A stretch of DNA of 58,381 bases, the filler included, from Sphacelaria rigidula (lineage: Eukaryota): NCBI GenBank assembly GCA_964200075.2. It is 5 parts of 5 records of this genome, joined end to end, with 100 filler letters (N's around TTAATTAATTAA, not from the genome) between each part and the next. Parts side by side here need not be neighbours in the genome. Positions count along the whole stretch, not along the records: positions 1 to 11,597 come from CAXNAA020004730.1; positions 11,698 to 23,294 come from CAXNAA020004731.1; 3 more parts are not named here. One strand, given 5' to 3'. The position numbers and the translations under genes are program-made. This document shows, piece after piece, positions 1-12,490 of this stretch (its first letter is position 1; every line of letters begins with the position of its first letter). The notes beneath the pieces were generated by a model that saw only the letters and a program-made list of their open reading frames with translations, was not told the origin of the DNA and did not search any database.

Positions 1-108
1 ATATGAGGCGGTTCATGCAGCGTGAACCCAAACATTAGCCGCTGTGTGGCCATTTTTTCATAACACTTTTAGCTGGTTTGGGGGGGGGGGCTATCGTAGA
101 AAGTGTCA
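1..108. mobile_element. Right end of a TIR MITE (same family as 38397-38651)
   Basis: Bases 1-107 align with 38540-38650 and end in GGGCTATCGTAGAAAGTGTC, the reverse complement of the left TIR GACACTTTCTACGATAGCCC at 38398. Confidence 0.75.
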
Positions 109-1050
109 AGTTGGAAACGGCGCAGATGGCAGCAGTCAAGAATATAGTTGGATGCTCGAAAACGACGAGTAGTACAGTTTTGAGAGCAGAGTTGGGAATG
201 TACTCACTTGAGACTAACAGAGACATGAGGAAAATGAGGTGTCAATGTAGCGTAGAGAACATGCAGAAAAAGAGATTGTCAGCTATAGATGATGAAGCTG
301 TATCGAAAAAAATACGAAAGGGTGGGCTGGAAATATGTGGGATAGAGAAGTCAAGAAAGTATGGAAGGAGATGGGAGGAAACCAAGACGAAATACTGTCC
401 ATAGGTGAAGGCGTGGGGTATGAGATAAAATATACATGATAGAAATAAGGGAAACAGGAGCACTCAGACTCACAGTAGACTCAAAGTAGACGAGGAAGGA
501 CACTTGAAGATATACTAGGGGTTGAGAGATGGGATAGGGATGAAAACATATCTGAATGTCACAACAACAGGGGACGCGGCCAACAATCTGAAACTGCGAT
601 TTCGGGTGAGGGACCTGGACCTGCCAGAAGGAAGAAAGAGAAAGAGATATACCAGTAGTCGAGAGGAGGAAAAAGTAGATGCACAGAATTGCCTCTGCGG
701 CAAAGCGATAGAGAGCATAATTATGTAGTTGCAGAGTGTGAACTATACAATAGGAGGAACGGAACGTGCTAGAGGGGGAAATGCGGGACGTGAACGAAGG
801 CAGCATGAAATCGTTTTATGCATCAGACAGTAGCGAAAAAACGATGGCTGTACTCGGGGATAGATGGTCACAGACGGCGAAACAGGACGGGGATAAGACA
901 TGTAAAAGGTTTTTGTGTAGTGCATGCAAGAAATGTAACGAGCACCGGAATGTTGGAGGTGTCTCTGTTAACAGTAGAAACGGTGCTCCGTCTCGAAAGG
1001 GATGCGTGGTCAATGGTCAAACGGGCAAGGAACAAATGAGTACGTACCCT
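109..1050 (+). mobile_element. Degenerate 3' end of a non-LTR (LINE) retrotransposon ORF2
   Basis: Frameshifted peptides KLETAQMAAVKNIVGCSKTTSSTVLRAELGMYSLETNRD, LKLRFRVRDLDLPE and CLCGKAIES resemble the post-RT region and C-terminal Cys motif of LINE ORF2. The 3' terminal motif recurs at 11698-11741 and 16628-16670. Confidence 0.7.
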
Positions 1051-4000
1051 TCCCCATTTGAAACTGGTCCCTCAAGACAGGCCTCAGGCAGTGATTGAGC
1101 GCCCGCAGACGCGAACAACTGGGTTTGCGCATTATTTTTCAATTGGGCATGATGCCGATTCAACACATGGACACCTCTAGGCGGTTAAACGGTTGAAAGC
1201 GCAGTTTAGTGTATCGTGTGTACAAGATACAAGTTTACGTACGTGCAAGAAGCGGAAACTGGCGGCTGAAAGACTGCCGTTTCGACAAAAAAGAAGTTGC
1301 CGAAGCCGTTTCACATATTGGTGCCAGTGGAAGTATTCCTTGAAAAAGGTCCCGACCAGATGAACACACACCTCGTTTTCACGCCATGCTGTGAAACAGA
1401 TCGGTAGCCCCCTGGCACCTACCATTGCACCTCAGTATGACGTTCCATCTCGTATAGCTATGGCACAACAACACAGCACAGCCAGCTCAACAGGTCAGTA
1501 CAACGTGTTGACCGTACAACAGTTGAACAGAAGAACATGTTGTGTCGACCGTTGTACTGTAGATGGTGCGGCAACAGAGACCCCATACGCTACGGAATTT
1601 TGTAAGACCCTTGCTGTAGGCGCAACTAGTGCCATTGATCTGGCGACTTCATCTAGCGCCCCTCCGTAAAATTCACTCACCAAAGAGGTCGTCCGGATCG
1701 TCACAAGTTTCTCCAGCGGTCGTTTCTTGCAACAGTTTAGGCTACAATATTCGCCCGTGGATATCCTTCCACGACCCACTGGTGGTGATACGGAGGATGG
1801 AGTGTGAAGTCGCTTCAGTAAACACCGACGCCGCGCAGGATAATATGATAATATGGTGTAAAGTATATACTGCATGATAGAAACTGAAAAATGCAGGCCA
1901 TATACTACCAAGCCAGGCAGGTCTGGGCCAGAGTTATTCGTACAGGGGAGGGATTCATGGCGTTCATCTCGCGAAGAAAAAACACGTATTACGGGTAGCT
2001 TGAACGCACGGTCGTGAGCGGAACTATCGAATCACGGGATTATTGTACAAATTGGGGATGTGTCCTCTTATAGTAGTAATGACGGCATCAAGAGCAAAAG
2101 ACAATAGTGTAGAACTGTGATACGTGTCTACCTCATTCCTCATTTTACGCGTAATACTGTTTGCGCTATATTTTCCGACGAGCAACCTCATTCCACGAGC
2201 GATGTCAATGGTTTTCGGGGGTTACAATTTAGTCCCTCAAAGGAAGAAGGAAATCTGACCCGACACTCACCCCGCAAGCGGGTTCGTGTGCCGATGACAC
2301 GAAGGCTCGGGTAGACCGTCTCGCGGGAGTATGTGGGGTAGGCGCCTCGAGCGTTCGCAAGCTTTGCTCAAGGCAGTGTGTGTGGGGGAACCCACTAAAC
2401 CCCCCCACCAACTTGGGGGAGTACACGCGTCGCCATACCCTCATGAGCTTCGGCCCTAGGACAGAGCAGACTATTCCCAACACCATGGAAGCAACAACGA
2501 AGGCGATCAATTAAGAAACAGAACGGATCAGAGCCCGTGACATGATGTCACATTGGGTGGGAGCAGCATTCATATTCCCCTTCTTGATCTACAGCGCTGC
2601 TCGTTTCATTTTATGACAGGAAACGGAATATATACTGTTCATGTTTTGTGCAAGAACGAAAGTCAAAAGTCTTGTGTTGATGAGCATATTCGAATACGAG
2701 GAAGAGATAAAGTTTTCTTGTTTCAAACATCGAGAGGGTCGAGCGCGCCAGGAGTTTAGTTTCTTATGCTGATTCGAGACCGATCGTACATGAGTGACAT
2801 GAAAAAATGCCTTCATGTGCAGCTGTTGGCTGTTAAGAACAAAGAAAGTCATAATGTACGTGAGATTAGGAACGGATTTTTTGCCGTATAACTTTTTTTT
2901 CATGTGATTTACACCAAGATGGCCGAATGGTTCGAAACGGGCCGTCACCCACCTAGCAACAAGTAAAAATATTCTTTGATGTCGCGTGGGTACTGTCGAG
3001 GTCTACCGGTTGAAGTTAAACGTTGGTTACAGGAGACGGCAACCCTGGGTCGTGAGTGCTCGGGGTTATGCGACAAACCCACCGAACTTAGCTTTTGTTA
3101 AGAAACTGGCGGATTGAGTCAGCAGTTAACCGGTTGGAGCCCTCTGACGATTCACAAAAACAGAAATCGTCAATGGGTTCCAAAAGGGTTAATAGCGTCT
3201 AGGCTGCGGTTTAGTACACCCCATCCGCGATAAAACGTCGCGCTACAACGCATCCACCCACTCAACGGAAACCAATTCCTCGAAATAAAAAAATTGACAA
3301 TTTGTGCGATCTTTCGCATATTTTATATACGTGGCCACCTCCACACAGCACCGGAAGAACCAGCTAGCTGCTGCACATATTCTTTTCACGAGAAAACGTA
3401 GAACCTACTTTCCGATCAGTGTCAAGAGCTGTGTGCACACGATCGAGGAATAGCAAGCGACACGCCAAACCCGAGTTTTGGTCCCTCATTTTCGCTTACT
3501 GCAGACATGTTTGGGGTAGGCGAGGGTGCGTGAAAAAACACAACAAAAACAGCCGACTCTCAACCCAAGGAACAAACGGACTTATCGTCAACTATATCTT
3601 ACTCGACTATTTCGTACATGGTTCCTCATACGCAGCATCTTTCATCAGTTCCAACCCTTTGCGTGAGCCCAACTTCAACAGTACTTCATAACAATGGAGA
3701 CGCTGGGTCTCGTCTGCTGGCTCGTGAGATATCGCAAAACGCCGTGTAAAAAAGAATATCAACGTCGTACATGCGGACGTACAAAACAGTGTAAAGTGTG
3801 ACCGACGATCTACGACTACGGTGACCGGAAATCGAGGTTGACCCCATATTTACTGTACTGGGAATGCCCTAAACACAGAAAACACAGATCACAGGAAGGA
3901 CAAATAAGCGAACAACGATCTCCGAACAAAGCACAACAAGGGGCAAAATAACAGGTAGCACGTGGAAAGAGATTTCTGGTCAACCAGCATCCTCCCTGCA

Positions 4001-4560
4001 CAGGCCCGCTCAAAAAGCTGCAAAGCGCGTGCATGTGACTTCGCTTGCCATATTTTGAGTGACAGCCACAACACTAAAAACACGCTGGCCAACGCATGGA
4101 TTCTTCCCTCAGCAAACAACGTAAAGTTGGAAATAATGCAAGTTCTAGGGTTAGGGTGCACGCCACAGCAGTCTCTAAGTGTGTTTTCGGCCTCCACTGG
4201 CCGCCCTACTCTGGTCTCGCGCGATTATCCCCAGAGAAAACCTCAGACGGGGAAATGCCCAGGTAGCGACAGGGTACACAACGGCAACTGCCACACGTCT
4301 ACAGCGCGTTATCCTCTTGGCGAAGACGGTTCAATAAACTCACCACAAATATACACTGCACTTTTCTAAAGCTTGTAAACAACATCAAATGGCGCTAAAA
4401 GTAATCTTTCAGGGACCATAAAAAAATCTCTAAAGCGCAATCTGCACCATACGTGATAAATTACATAAAACGGCGAATAATTCTGAAGCACAACATCTTC
4501 ATTCTTCTTCATAAAACGTGGAGAAAGAATTCACACCAGTTCAGTGATCCGTGTACTCCT

Positions 4561-5958
4561 TCACTGCTGTTCACCACTGCAACTGCTGCGAATACATTTC
4601 GCGCGGATCTTGGCAACACACCCGCGTTGCAGCGCGACGAACAAACGTCCCCCGCCGGCAGTTTTCTCCACACTCGTGCACGAAGGCGGTGGCGGCAATG
4701 GCCTAGCCAGGCCTTCCTTCAGGCTCTTAGCAGGCACCGACGAAGAAACAGCAGCAAGTTTAATACTTGTTGATCCCATGTAGGAGGAAGCTGCATCAAC
4801 CACAACCCCGTGGATCATTCGTCCCATTCCCCCCAGAACCTTCCTCGCGTTCGTGCCGACAGCAACGCTGGCGGTTGTCGGCAAGTTTGTTGTGACCTGT
4901 GCCAATGAACAAGTTTCAGTACTTTCGATACTATTGTTGGTGACTGTTGCGGTCGACTTCACTACTGATATTGGAATTGCCCCCACTGCCGGAGGTTTGA
5001 ACGCGCGCCAGGCGGGATCCTGACCCGCTTGCAGTTTGTCGGCATCTTGCTTCTGCTCACTCAGCCTATCGATACCGTCGGAGCCACCACTGGGCCCCTC
5101 CCAGATTGTTTCGAGATCTTCAGCGATGGAGCCCGAGCCTGCTGCGATTTTCTTGACATCACTGGTTGCGGTGGAGGCTTGGCGTGTGGAGACGGGCGCA
5201 AGTGCCTCGGCCGCACGACTTTCCTCGGCAAACGCAGCCGCCGCTGCCGCGGTCCAGGTCCTCCTAAACATTACTCTTCGTTGTCGGCGGCCCCGGCGCA
5301 CTGTTGTGCGGTGCGCCGCAGGTGGTATCGCTAGGGCCTCCAGTAGAGCTATAGCGTTGAATTTTGCGGCAGCGGATCTGCCGGGTGTCTTGGGCACGTA
5401 CTCTGGCATACCGAAAGGAGGACGACAGGCGTTGGGCAACGACGTCGAAGACAACGACAAGGGCTTCTCTGCCAACTCTTCCTCGGAAATGGAGTTGTTG
5501 TCCTTGCCATGCTTCTGGAAGTGGATCATTGCAACCTCCCGGAAGTGATGGACGTCGTCATCTGTCCACCACAACCAATGAATAGTTTCCGGGTCAAGAT
5601 CCTCGCGAGAGCCCACCAGCATCACATCCACGCTGGGGTTGAACCGGACGGACCGGGCCCTTGTCGAAGTCGTCGGACTAGTGCGGCTACGAGGGCAGGT
5701 CTTCAGTTCGGAATGGTTGCTATTGAGGCGTGAGCCGATGGCGTCCGAATTCTTGACAATCGTTGGAGAGCACATGACCGCGCAGCGCTTCTCGGGACGC
5801 TGCTTGGCGTTTTCTAATTGCCTCGGAGAGCTCGGGGCGTAAGCGCCACCAGTGACCGTGTCGCCTCGGCTTGCGGGCGAGGCATCGGCAATCATGGGCT
5901 GTAGGCGCTGGTGTACTTGTCGGACGAATCTCACGCGACCGCCGCTCATGGGGGCCAT
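4561..5958 (-). CDS. Uncharacterised low-complexity protein with RVxF-like (PP1-docking) motifs
   Basis: 474-codon uninterrupted GC-rich ORF (first ATG at 5958, MAPMSGGRVRF...). It contains the block RSVRFNPSVDVMLVGSREDLDPETIHWLWWTDDDVHHFREVA in otherwise Ser/Thr/Ala/Arg-rich sequence. An extra 5' exon is possible (acceptor-like AATCAG near 6012). Confidence 0.75.
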   Translation of the reverse strand: MAPMSGGRVRFVRQVHQRLQPMIADASPASRGDTVTGGAYAPSSPRQLENAKQRPEKRCAVMCSPTIVKNSDAIGSRLNSNHSELKTCPRSRTSPTTSTRARSVRFNPSVDVMLVGSREDLDPETIHWLWWTDDDVHHFREVAMIHFQKHGKDNNSISEEELAEKPLSLSSTSLPNACRPPFGMPEYVPKTPGRSAAAKFNAIALLEALAIPPAAHRTTVRRGRRQRRVMFRRTWTAAAAAAFAEESRAAEALAPVSTRQASTATSDVKKIAAGSGSIAEDLETIWEGPSGGSDGIDRLSEQKQDADKLQAGQDPAWRAFKPPAVGAIPISVVKSTATVTNNSIESTETCSLAQVTTNLPTTASVAVGTNARKVLGGMGRMIHGVVVDAASSYMGSTSIKLAAVSSSVPAKSLKEGLARPLPPPPSCTSVEKTAGGGRLFVALQRGCVAKIRAKCIRSSCSGEQQ

Positions 5959-8900
5959 GTTACCCCGTCGGGATTGCGGGGACACTGGGGTGGCGGCGGC
6001 GGCGGTAATCCTGATTAATAGACAAGGGTCACGGATCGGTCGGGTGGGCGTGCGCGTTGGTTGAATGTCGCGTTTGGCGTGCGAGCGATTTACGCATTGA
6101 GGCAGAACGTGGGGGGAGGGGGTTGAAATGGCGGGCCGTCGTCCGAACCTGCGAGATTCCCACCCTCCAACTCCTTTTCCAGCGTGGAGTGCACATTTAA
6201 TGCACGCGTGTCCCGTTTTAGGCTGCTCACGTCACACCAAGTGAGTCAGATCAACCCTGGCCTTATAATTCTTGTTATTTCTCTTGGGTTGTTGTGCCAC
6301 GTGTTGCTAGCGGCACAACGCCCGAGAGTCGTGTATGCACATCCATCTCCGTGGCTAGTCGGTGGAGGCTTTGCCTTTCCGCAGCCATGACAATCTGTCA
6401 GTAGGGGCCTGTGTTTACAACTGGACTGAGCCAACTCGAGGAACAAAATGACCGACCAATGGTCCAGGGGTTTCCAGCCGAGAGGCATCTGGGTTGCGAG
6501 GGTTTCCAGATCGCCAGCGAAAGCTTCAAAGCTTCGCAAATCAACAAGGCGTGTCTGGAATTTTAGTGCAAGGTATAGGGTATAGTCTAAGTCGGGCACT
6601 ACGGCCGAAGGGAGGGAAGTGACAATTTCGAATGTTCATTCGTAAGTTTGGTCGTCATGTTATCCTTCACAGCGAGCAGCGCCGAAAGGTTTTGATCAAC
6701 ATACCCAAAAAAATCGAAAGTAATTCATAAAAAAAAAGCGTCCCAACTCCTTTCTTCCACGAGTGGGTGGGGGAGAGGGGCGGTGGTATCGCAACGACCA
6801 AATCAGGATGCTTTAATTCGATGCTGAACATTTCCTTGTCTCGAAAAGACACGGCCTAATGGGAGCAGAGAAATCAGCTGGTGACTAACGCTTCATGATA
6901 AAAATGTCGTGTCAAAATTCGAAATTTCAGGTACGATTATCAACTGCATCGGCACGATTCATGAGAAAATTAGATTCAGCTAGCCCAGTCAGTGACGTGA
7001 AGTGTACACCACTGACTACACCGTGTGCAAAACTACACGGGAATGCTGCCTCTACACTTCCACCGTGCGGTGGATTAGGCAAGAGTGCAGTACGATCCGG
7101 TTCAGTGCGGCCAAGTGTTGGTTCAGCACGGCTACGTCACATTCCCCGGGTGGCAGGTACACACTTCGTTCCCCTCTGACTATTAGCTTGTTTCGCCTCG
7201 TTGGACAGCAGTTTCCGTCTATTTTGCCATACTGTGTAACAACCATCGTTGATTGCTAATTTTTCGTCGAGTATACACTCTCGAAAAAATGGTGGTTTCA
7301 TATTCGAGTTAGAACGAATACGTGGCATAATTTTCGCTCGATTCACCAGGGAGTGCCAATCTTCGGTGATATTCTGAGGGCGTTTAGCACACTATTTTTT
7401 CGATAACAAAACACACGCTGGACAACAAGTGACCTCGTCACAAGCGTACAGCGTTCAGTATTGACTTCAGTAGTGGGCAGTATATTCCATACTGTGCGCA
7501 GTACACTTTGACAACACTGTCTCTTACACAGGTATGGGGTGTGAAAAAAGTGCGGTGGGAAAGAACAATTCTGATCTGTCATGTCGAATTATAATGACGT
7601 GTGGGCCCACGACTTCAACGTCAATGACGTGGACATGAATGAACACGAATTTCCTCCATCTTCACAACAGCGCGCCGGACCCACGTGAGGATGATGGCGT
7701 TTCAAAATTGGCCATTTTGTGAGGGTCCCAGGTCTACCTTGGGGTCCGAGTATGCTACCTTGGGGCCTGTAGTGTATACAGACAGAAAATTGCGGCTGCA
7801 GCTGCCCTCACCGAACTCGTAAACCTCCACTATCCATTATCCTTCCTATCCCGCTCACCCTTGGGGTTAAAGGTTTTTCAACCACTAGATGTTAGTACCG
7901 AAGTAGACCTACCAGCATCGTTTCACGTCCTGCTGTTTGATCGCACAATTACTCCGCATCCATTGAAACACTGCTGTCTATCGCAGAACAGAGGCGGGGT
8001 TTCGAGACGTACGCCCGCGGTAGGCTCACCAGGAAAGGGCATATCTCAAAATTACGGCTCAAGCCTCTCACTGCTGATTACTTGTCATGACCTCCGGGAA
8101 CCACCACAGATGAATAACTCTCTAGTTTGGATAGTTTAAATTCCGATCAATATTGATGAAACATATCAGGTAGAACACCCTCCAGGTACTGTACTGTCTC
8201 GGGGTCGTCTATAGCTCAACAAGGCCTTTTCGATCTCTAGAACATGCCCTCACAAAGACTGGGATGCCTGCTTGGAAACGAAGAGTACAGACAGTTCCGT
8301 GGTTTTCTCTACAGCTGCCTCCGTGGTCATAATAGTGGTGCGCCGATGAAACGAAGAGTACAGACAGTTCTGGCGAAGTGCTATCAAGTGGATCGTATTA
8401 GTGATGCGTGCTGATTCGGTATTTTATTCCACATCGATTTTTGAGAACGGTACAGAGGAGACCTACAATAACGGGAGTACGTAACTCATCACCATCGACT
8501 ATGCTTGAAATCAGTGACGGCCACACAGATTCCAGAGTACGTTAGCATGTCGGCTATCACTGTGACCAACAGGGAATGCTGCCTTGTACTGTCATGGAGG
8601 CACGGGCGTTGAAGTACGCCATATTCATCACGCACAAGACAGGTGAGCTGAGAGGACAGACATCCAACCTCGAACGGTAACACATACACAAGCTGCGGAT
8701 CACCATTGATCGAAGGATCCATCATATGGTCGGTCGATTGGAACTATCACTCAACATTAAGGGGAGCTGAGGGCTGCGTCCCTCGCGACTCCTAACGGGC
8801 ACTGCAACCTACTTGTTTACGGACCCCGGGGTACCACGACTGTAGACAGTTGCACTGAACAAGGTTGTTTGTTGTCTGGTGATAACCCGGGAACATGTTC

Positions 8901-9366
8901 TATTTGAGTACACGTCAAGTGTCGCGGGAGAGAATAATCACGACCGGCGCCGAAGAAATCTTTTAATCTTGAAGCGAGGAAAAAACGAGCACCCATTGCT
9001 GTGCCTTGGTTAAGACGGGCGTGAGGGAGGAGATAAATGATAGTGTCCAAGTTTCACCAGGGCGCGGTTTCAAGCGGGAAAACGGGTGCCCCACAAGCCC
9101 GGGGTGTCTGTAAGAAGGATACCCGACATCGACCTGTGTTAAGTGTAAGTGCAACTCAGCCATTGCCCCTAAAATGTTCCTGCTGTAACGGCTGTAAATA
9201 TCCCGTATTGACTGGTGGAAACTAGACGGGCCCCAGCACCTACATAAAACTCGTACGAGATCATTTCTTCATTTTTTGCTGAAGCCGAGGTTACGAGTAT
9301 GATAAACTCAAGGCATAGGGAGAAGACGGACTCTACCGGAGAACAGCACGACAAATACGACTGCCC

Positions 9367-9519
9367 TAAGAACAAGGGGCGTTTGTACGAAGGATGCAGT
9401 ATACTGAGATTCAAGCCGTTTCAGTGTCATGTATTATATTATTATTATTGTTATAAGAACGAGGGGCGTTTGTACGAAGGATGCAGTATACTGAGATTCA
9501 AGCCGTTTCAGTGTCATGT
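9367..9519. repeat. Tandem duplication of a ~65-bp unit with an AT-rich spacer
   Basis: TAAGAAC(A/G)AGGGGCGTTTGTACGAAGGATGCAGTATACTGAGATTCAAGCCGTTTCAGTGTCATGT occurs at ~9367 and ~9453. Confidence 0.9.
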
Positions 9520-10032
9520 AATGACTCCTCAATTGCTTGTAACGGCTGACAACACGCTCTATTTACTGTCGGAAAATAAAGCGGGTTTCAGTACATCGGA
9601 GGAGAATCGCTTTTCTTGTACAAATAGGATCACTATCGGGTGAAGGGTTGTGCGCGAGCACAACAGGAACACAAACTCATCCCGAGAACAAGCACTGCAC
9701 ACACAATCGAATGCCCACTCCCTTCGTAAACACGAGCAGGCACATCAATAACGTCACAGCGTAATGCGGTCGAGACGAGGCAGGAGCCTAGCCTCTACCC
9801 CGAACCTCTTGTTTCAGCATTCCCCAGCCCCAAGAGAGCTCATCCTCTCATCATCACCGATCACGGTACGATGGGTAGCGAATGTATGACGCTACATGGC
9901 AGGTCCATCATTGTAACTGTCTCTCTGTCCCTCTCTCCTTCCCCCCTCTTCGCCTATGTTCTAGGCCGCAGCCTTGCCACAACAAGGTCGGCAAAGCCTC
10001 ACCTCCACTGATATGGGTCCCACAACAAATTG

Positions 10033-10072
<40 letters not shown>

Positions 10073-10690
10073 TGGCTGTGCTATCATCATCACTGTCATC
10101 ACCGCCTTCGCTGTTCTGTTTGTTGAGAAATAAGATTCGCTTACGTCGCCATTGCAGGCTCCTTCCCGTTGTTTCTCCTGTGTTCCACGCTGGCCTTACG
10201 GGTGACACCATATTCTTGCCTGCCTTCTGTGTTTCTCTGCCTGAGCTCTTTCACTGACTGTCGAGATATTTGCTCGGTATAAATTGACATGAACATGCCC
10301 GCGTGTCGTGTTATACTTGATCATTGTCAAGGGCCCAATGTACAGGCGGAGAATCTTTCCCGGTGCACTTCCGTTGTCTGCCAACAGATTTCTGTTTCTA
10401 GCGACGAAATAATCAAATTCTTAAAACATTTTGAACATTCCTATTCGCAAAAAGACCGACTCGATTTAGTGTGCGATTGCTCATGTCTGATGTCTCTCTG
10501 AGCCTCACGGAAAACCCCCGAACATAAAGGATGTCTCGTAAAGGAATAGCAGAGGCTGTATTGGAAAGACGAGCCTACGTCTGTGATCACGGGTTCGAGG
10601 AATTGGACTGATGTGCGGACATAACAATGATTAGAATATACTGTACACAAAACCAGCTAGCGAACGTCTTTCCACACACAGCCCTGAGAT

Positions 10691-11260
10691 TTAACCCTTG
10701 GACGGCGAGAGTGGGTCATCTGTTGAATCGGCATCAAATTCAACAGATTTACCCTGAGACCGCGAGGGTAGTCATATCTGGATCATGCAGACTTTTTCCA
10801 AGTGAATTTGATGCCGATTCAACAGATGACCTACTCTCGCTGTCTAAGGGTTAACCCTTAGACCGCGAGGTTAGTCTTCTGTTGAATCGGCATCAATTTC
10901 AACTGAAAAAAGGTACGCATGAGCCAGAAAGACTAATCTCGCGGGCTAAGCGTTACCACCCTTCGAGCGCCAGGATAGTCTATTTATGTGGATCATTGAT
11001 ATTTAGAATGAAATCGATGCCGATTCAAAAAATGAGCTACTTTCCCTGTCAAAGGGTTAATTGATGTTTTCGCGAGAGCAGTCGATCTCGATCATGGATA
11101 CTTTTCTAGACCGAATTTGACGCCGATTCCGCAGACGACCACTCGTAGGCGTATATGGAGTAGCTATCGACTCTCCCAGCGAAATTCCCTACAGTGAAGT
11201 ATGCTTGATTGATGTCGATTCAACAGATGACCTACTACTCTCTCTTTCGCTGAGGGTTCA
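10691..11260. mobile_element. Tandem cluster of piggyBac-like TTAA MITEs
   Basis: TTAA-CCCTT...AAGGG-TTAA unit at 10695-10850 with ~45-bp TIRs. A second unit (10855-~10952) shares the TTAA, a third ends AAAGGG-TTAA at 11060, and decayed copies continue to ~11257. Shared core: GATGCCGATTCAACAGATGACC. Confidence 0.7.
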
Positions 11261-12490
11261 TTCCAAAATCATTACGGTACAGTGCAACGCCGAAAGAAAA
11301 AAATCATGATTTGGAACAGAATCCGACATCTTTCCGCCCCTGTACGCACGGACACATAACGCAAACCCAGATTCAGAAATATGAGGTTGTTGCCTATGGT
11401 CTACATGGCATGCGGGCGAAGTGTCAGCCCATATCAATGCTGACAGCACGTGCACGGCCGTGGCTCCTGAATTTAGCACCTCTACAGGCAATAGGAGAAC
11501 GTGTACCGCACAGAATGTCATGATCCGGAATGCGTGCAAAGCGTTAAGTGTTCAAGGGTCGGACAAATAATGATTCGTCTGGAAATTACTTGGTTTTNNN
11601 NNNNNNNNNNNNNNNNNNNNNNNNNNNNNNNNNNNNNNNNNTTAATTAATTAANNNNNNNNNNNNNNNNNNNNNNNNNNNNNNNNNNNNNNNNNNNNGTG
11701 ATCAATGGGCAAACGACCAAGGCAAGCAACAAATGAGTACCCCCCCCCCCCCCCCCCCCCCCTACTCGGAGTATATGTCTCCGGCTACAGCTGCCACGAA
11801 AAACATGCACGGTATAATGTTTGTGCAGCTACTGTATTCGAAACCCACGAGATTTACCGCCACGCCGCGGTGGTCTAAATTAAAATGGCATACCAATCAT
11901 TAGCCACCAAGTGAGAAAGCTGCGGGTCCGACTCCTGGTTTACGATATGTGCAAATTGAGAGACTGGTTCCCGTAGTGTAAAGCATGAGGACGCGAGAAG
12001 CTCAAGGAAAATCAACGAGAGTCGAAGAGATGAAGGGAAGGGAAGGGGAGGGAAGGGGCTGAGAGTACGACGAAAGAAAATAAAGGGGGTAAAAGATAGA
12101 GGAAGAAACAATGTGGCAGCATACCGTGCGTGCGTCGAAACAAGCCTGTTCAGTATTCCTTGCCCCACATCACAAAAAAATTACGGCATCATCCTGAATA
12201 TGGAGGATGAGATGGGAGGGCGGCGATCTTTTATGAATGCATTCTGATAAAACACTGTGCGCTACTACTATTAGAGTACTCAATAATAAACTATACTGGA
12301 CAAATTGAGGATAAAATTTCTCTCGAGTACCAGAAAAAAAAAAAAGGGAAATACAGAAACTCTGGACGACCCGCGTTGAGTGGGGAAATATCCGGAGTAG
12401 AAGACACATTTGTCACTTCTATATTCTACTGTTTATGGATGCTGTGCAGCGGACGTCGTGGGGTTTCGTGTGGAACACAACTCTCCTGAC

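Noticed and set aside
11598..11697. TTAATTAATTAA centred in a 100-bp N run (also 23295-23394, 34992-35091, 46687-46786)
   Set aside because: Identical in all four gaps and gives stops in all six frames. It is an artificial scaffolding linker, so adjacency across these gaps is not proven.
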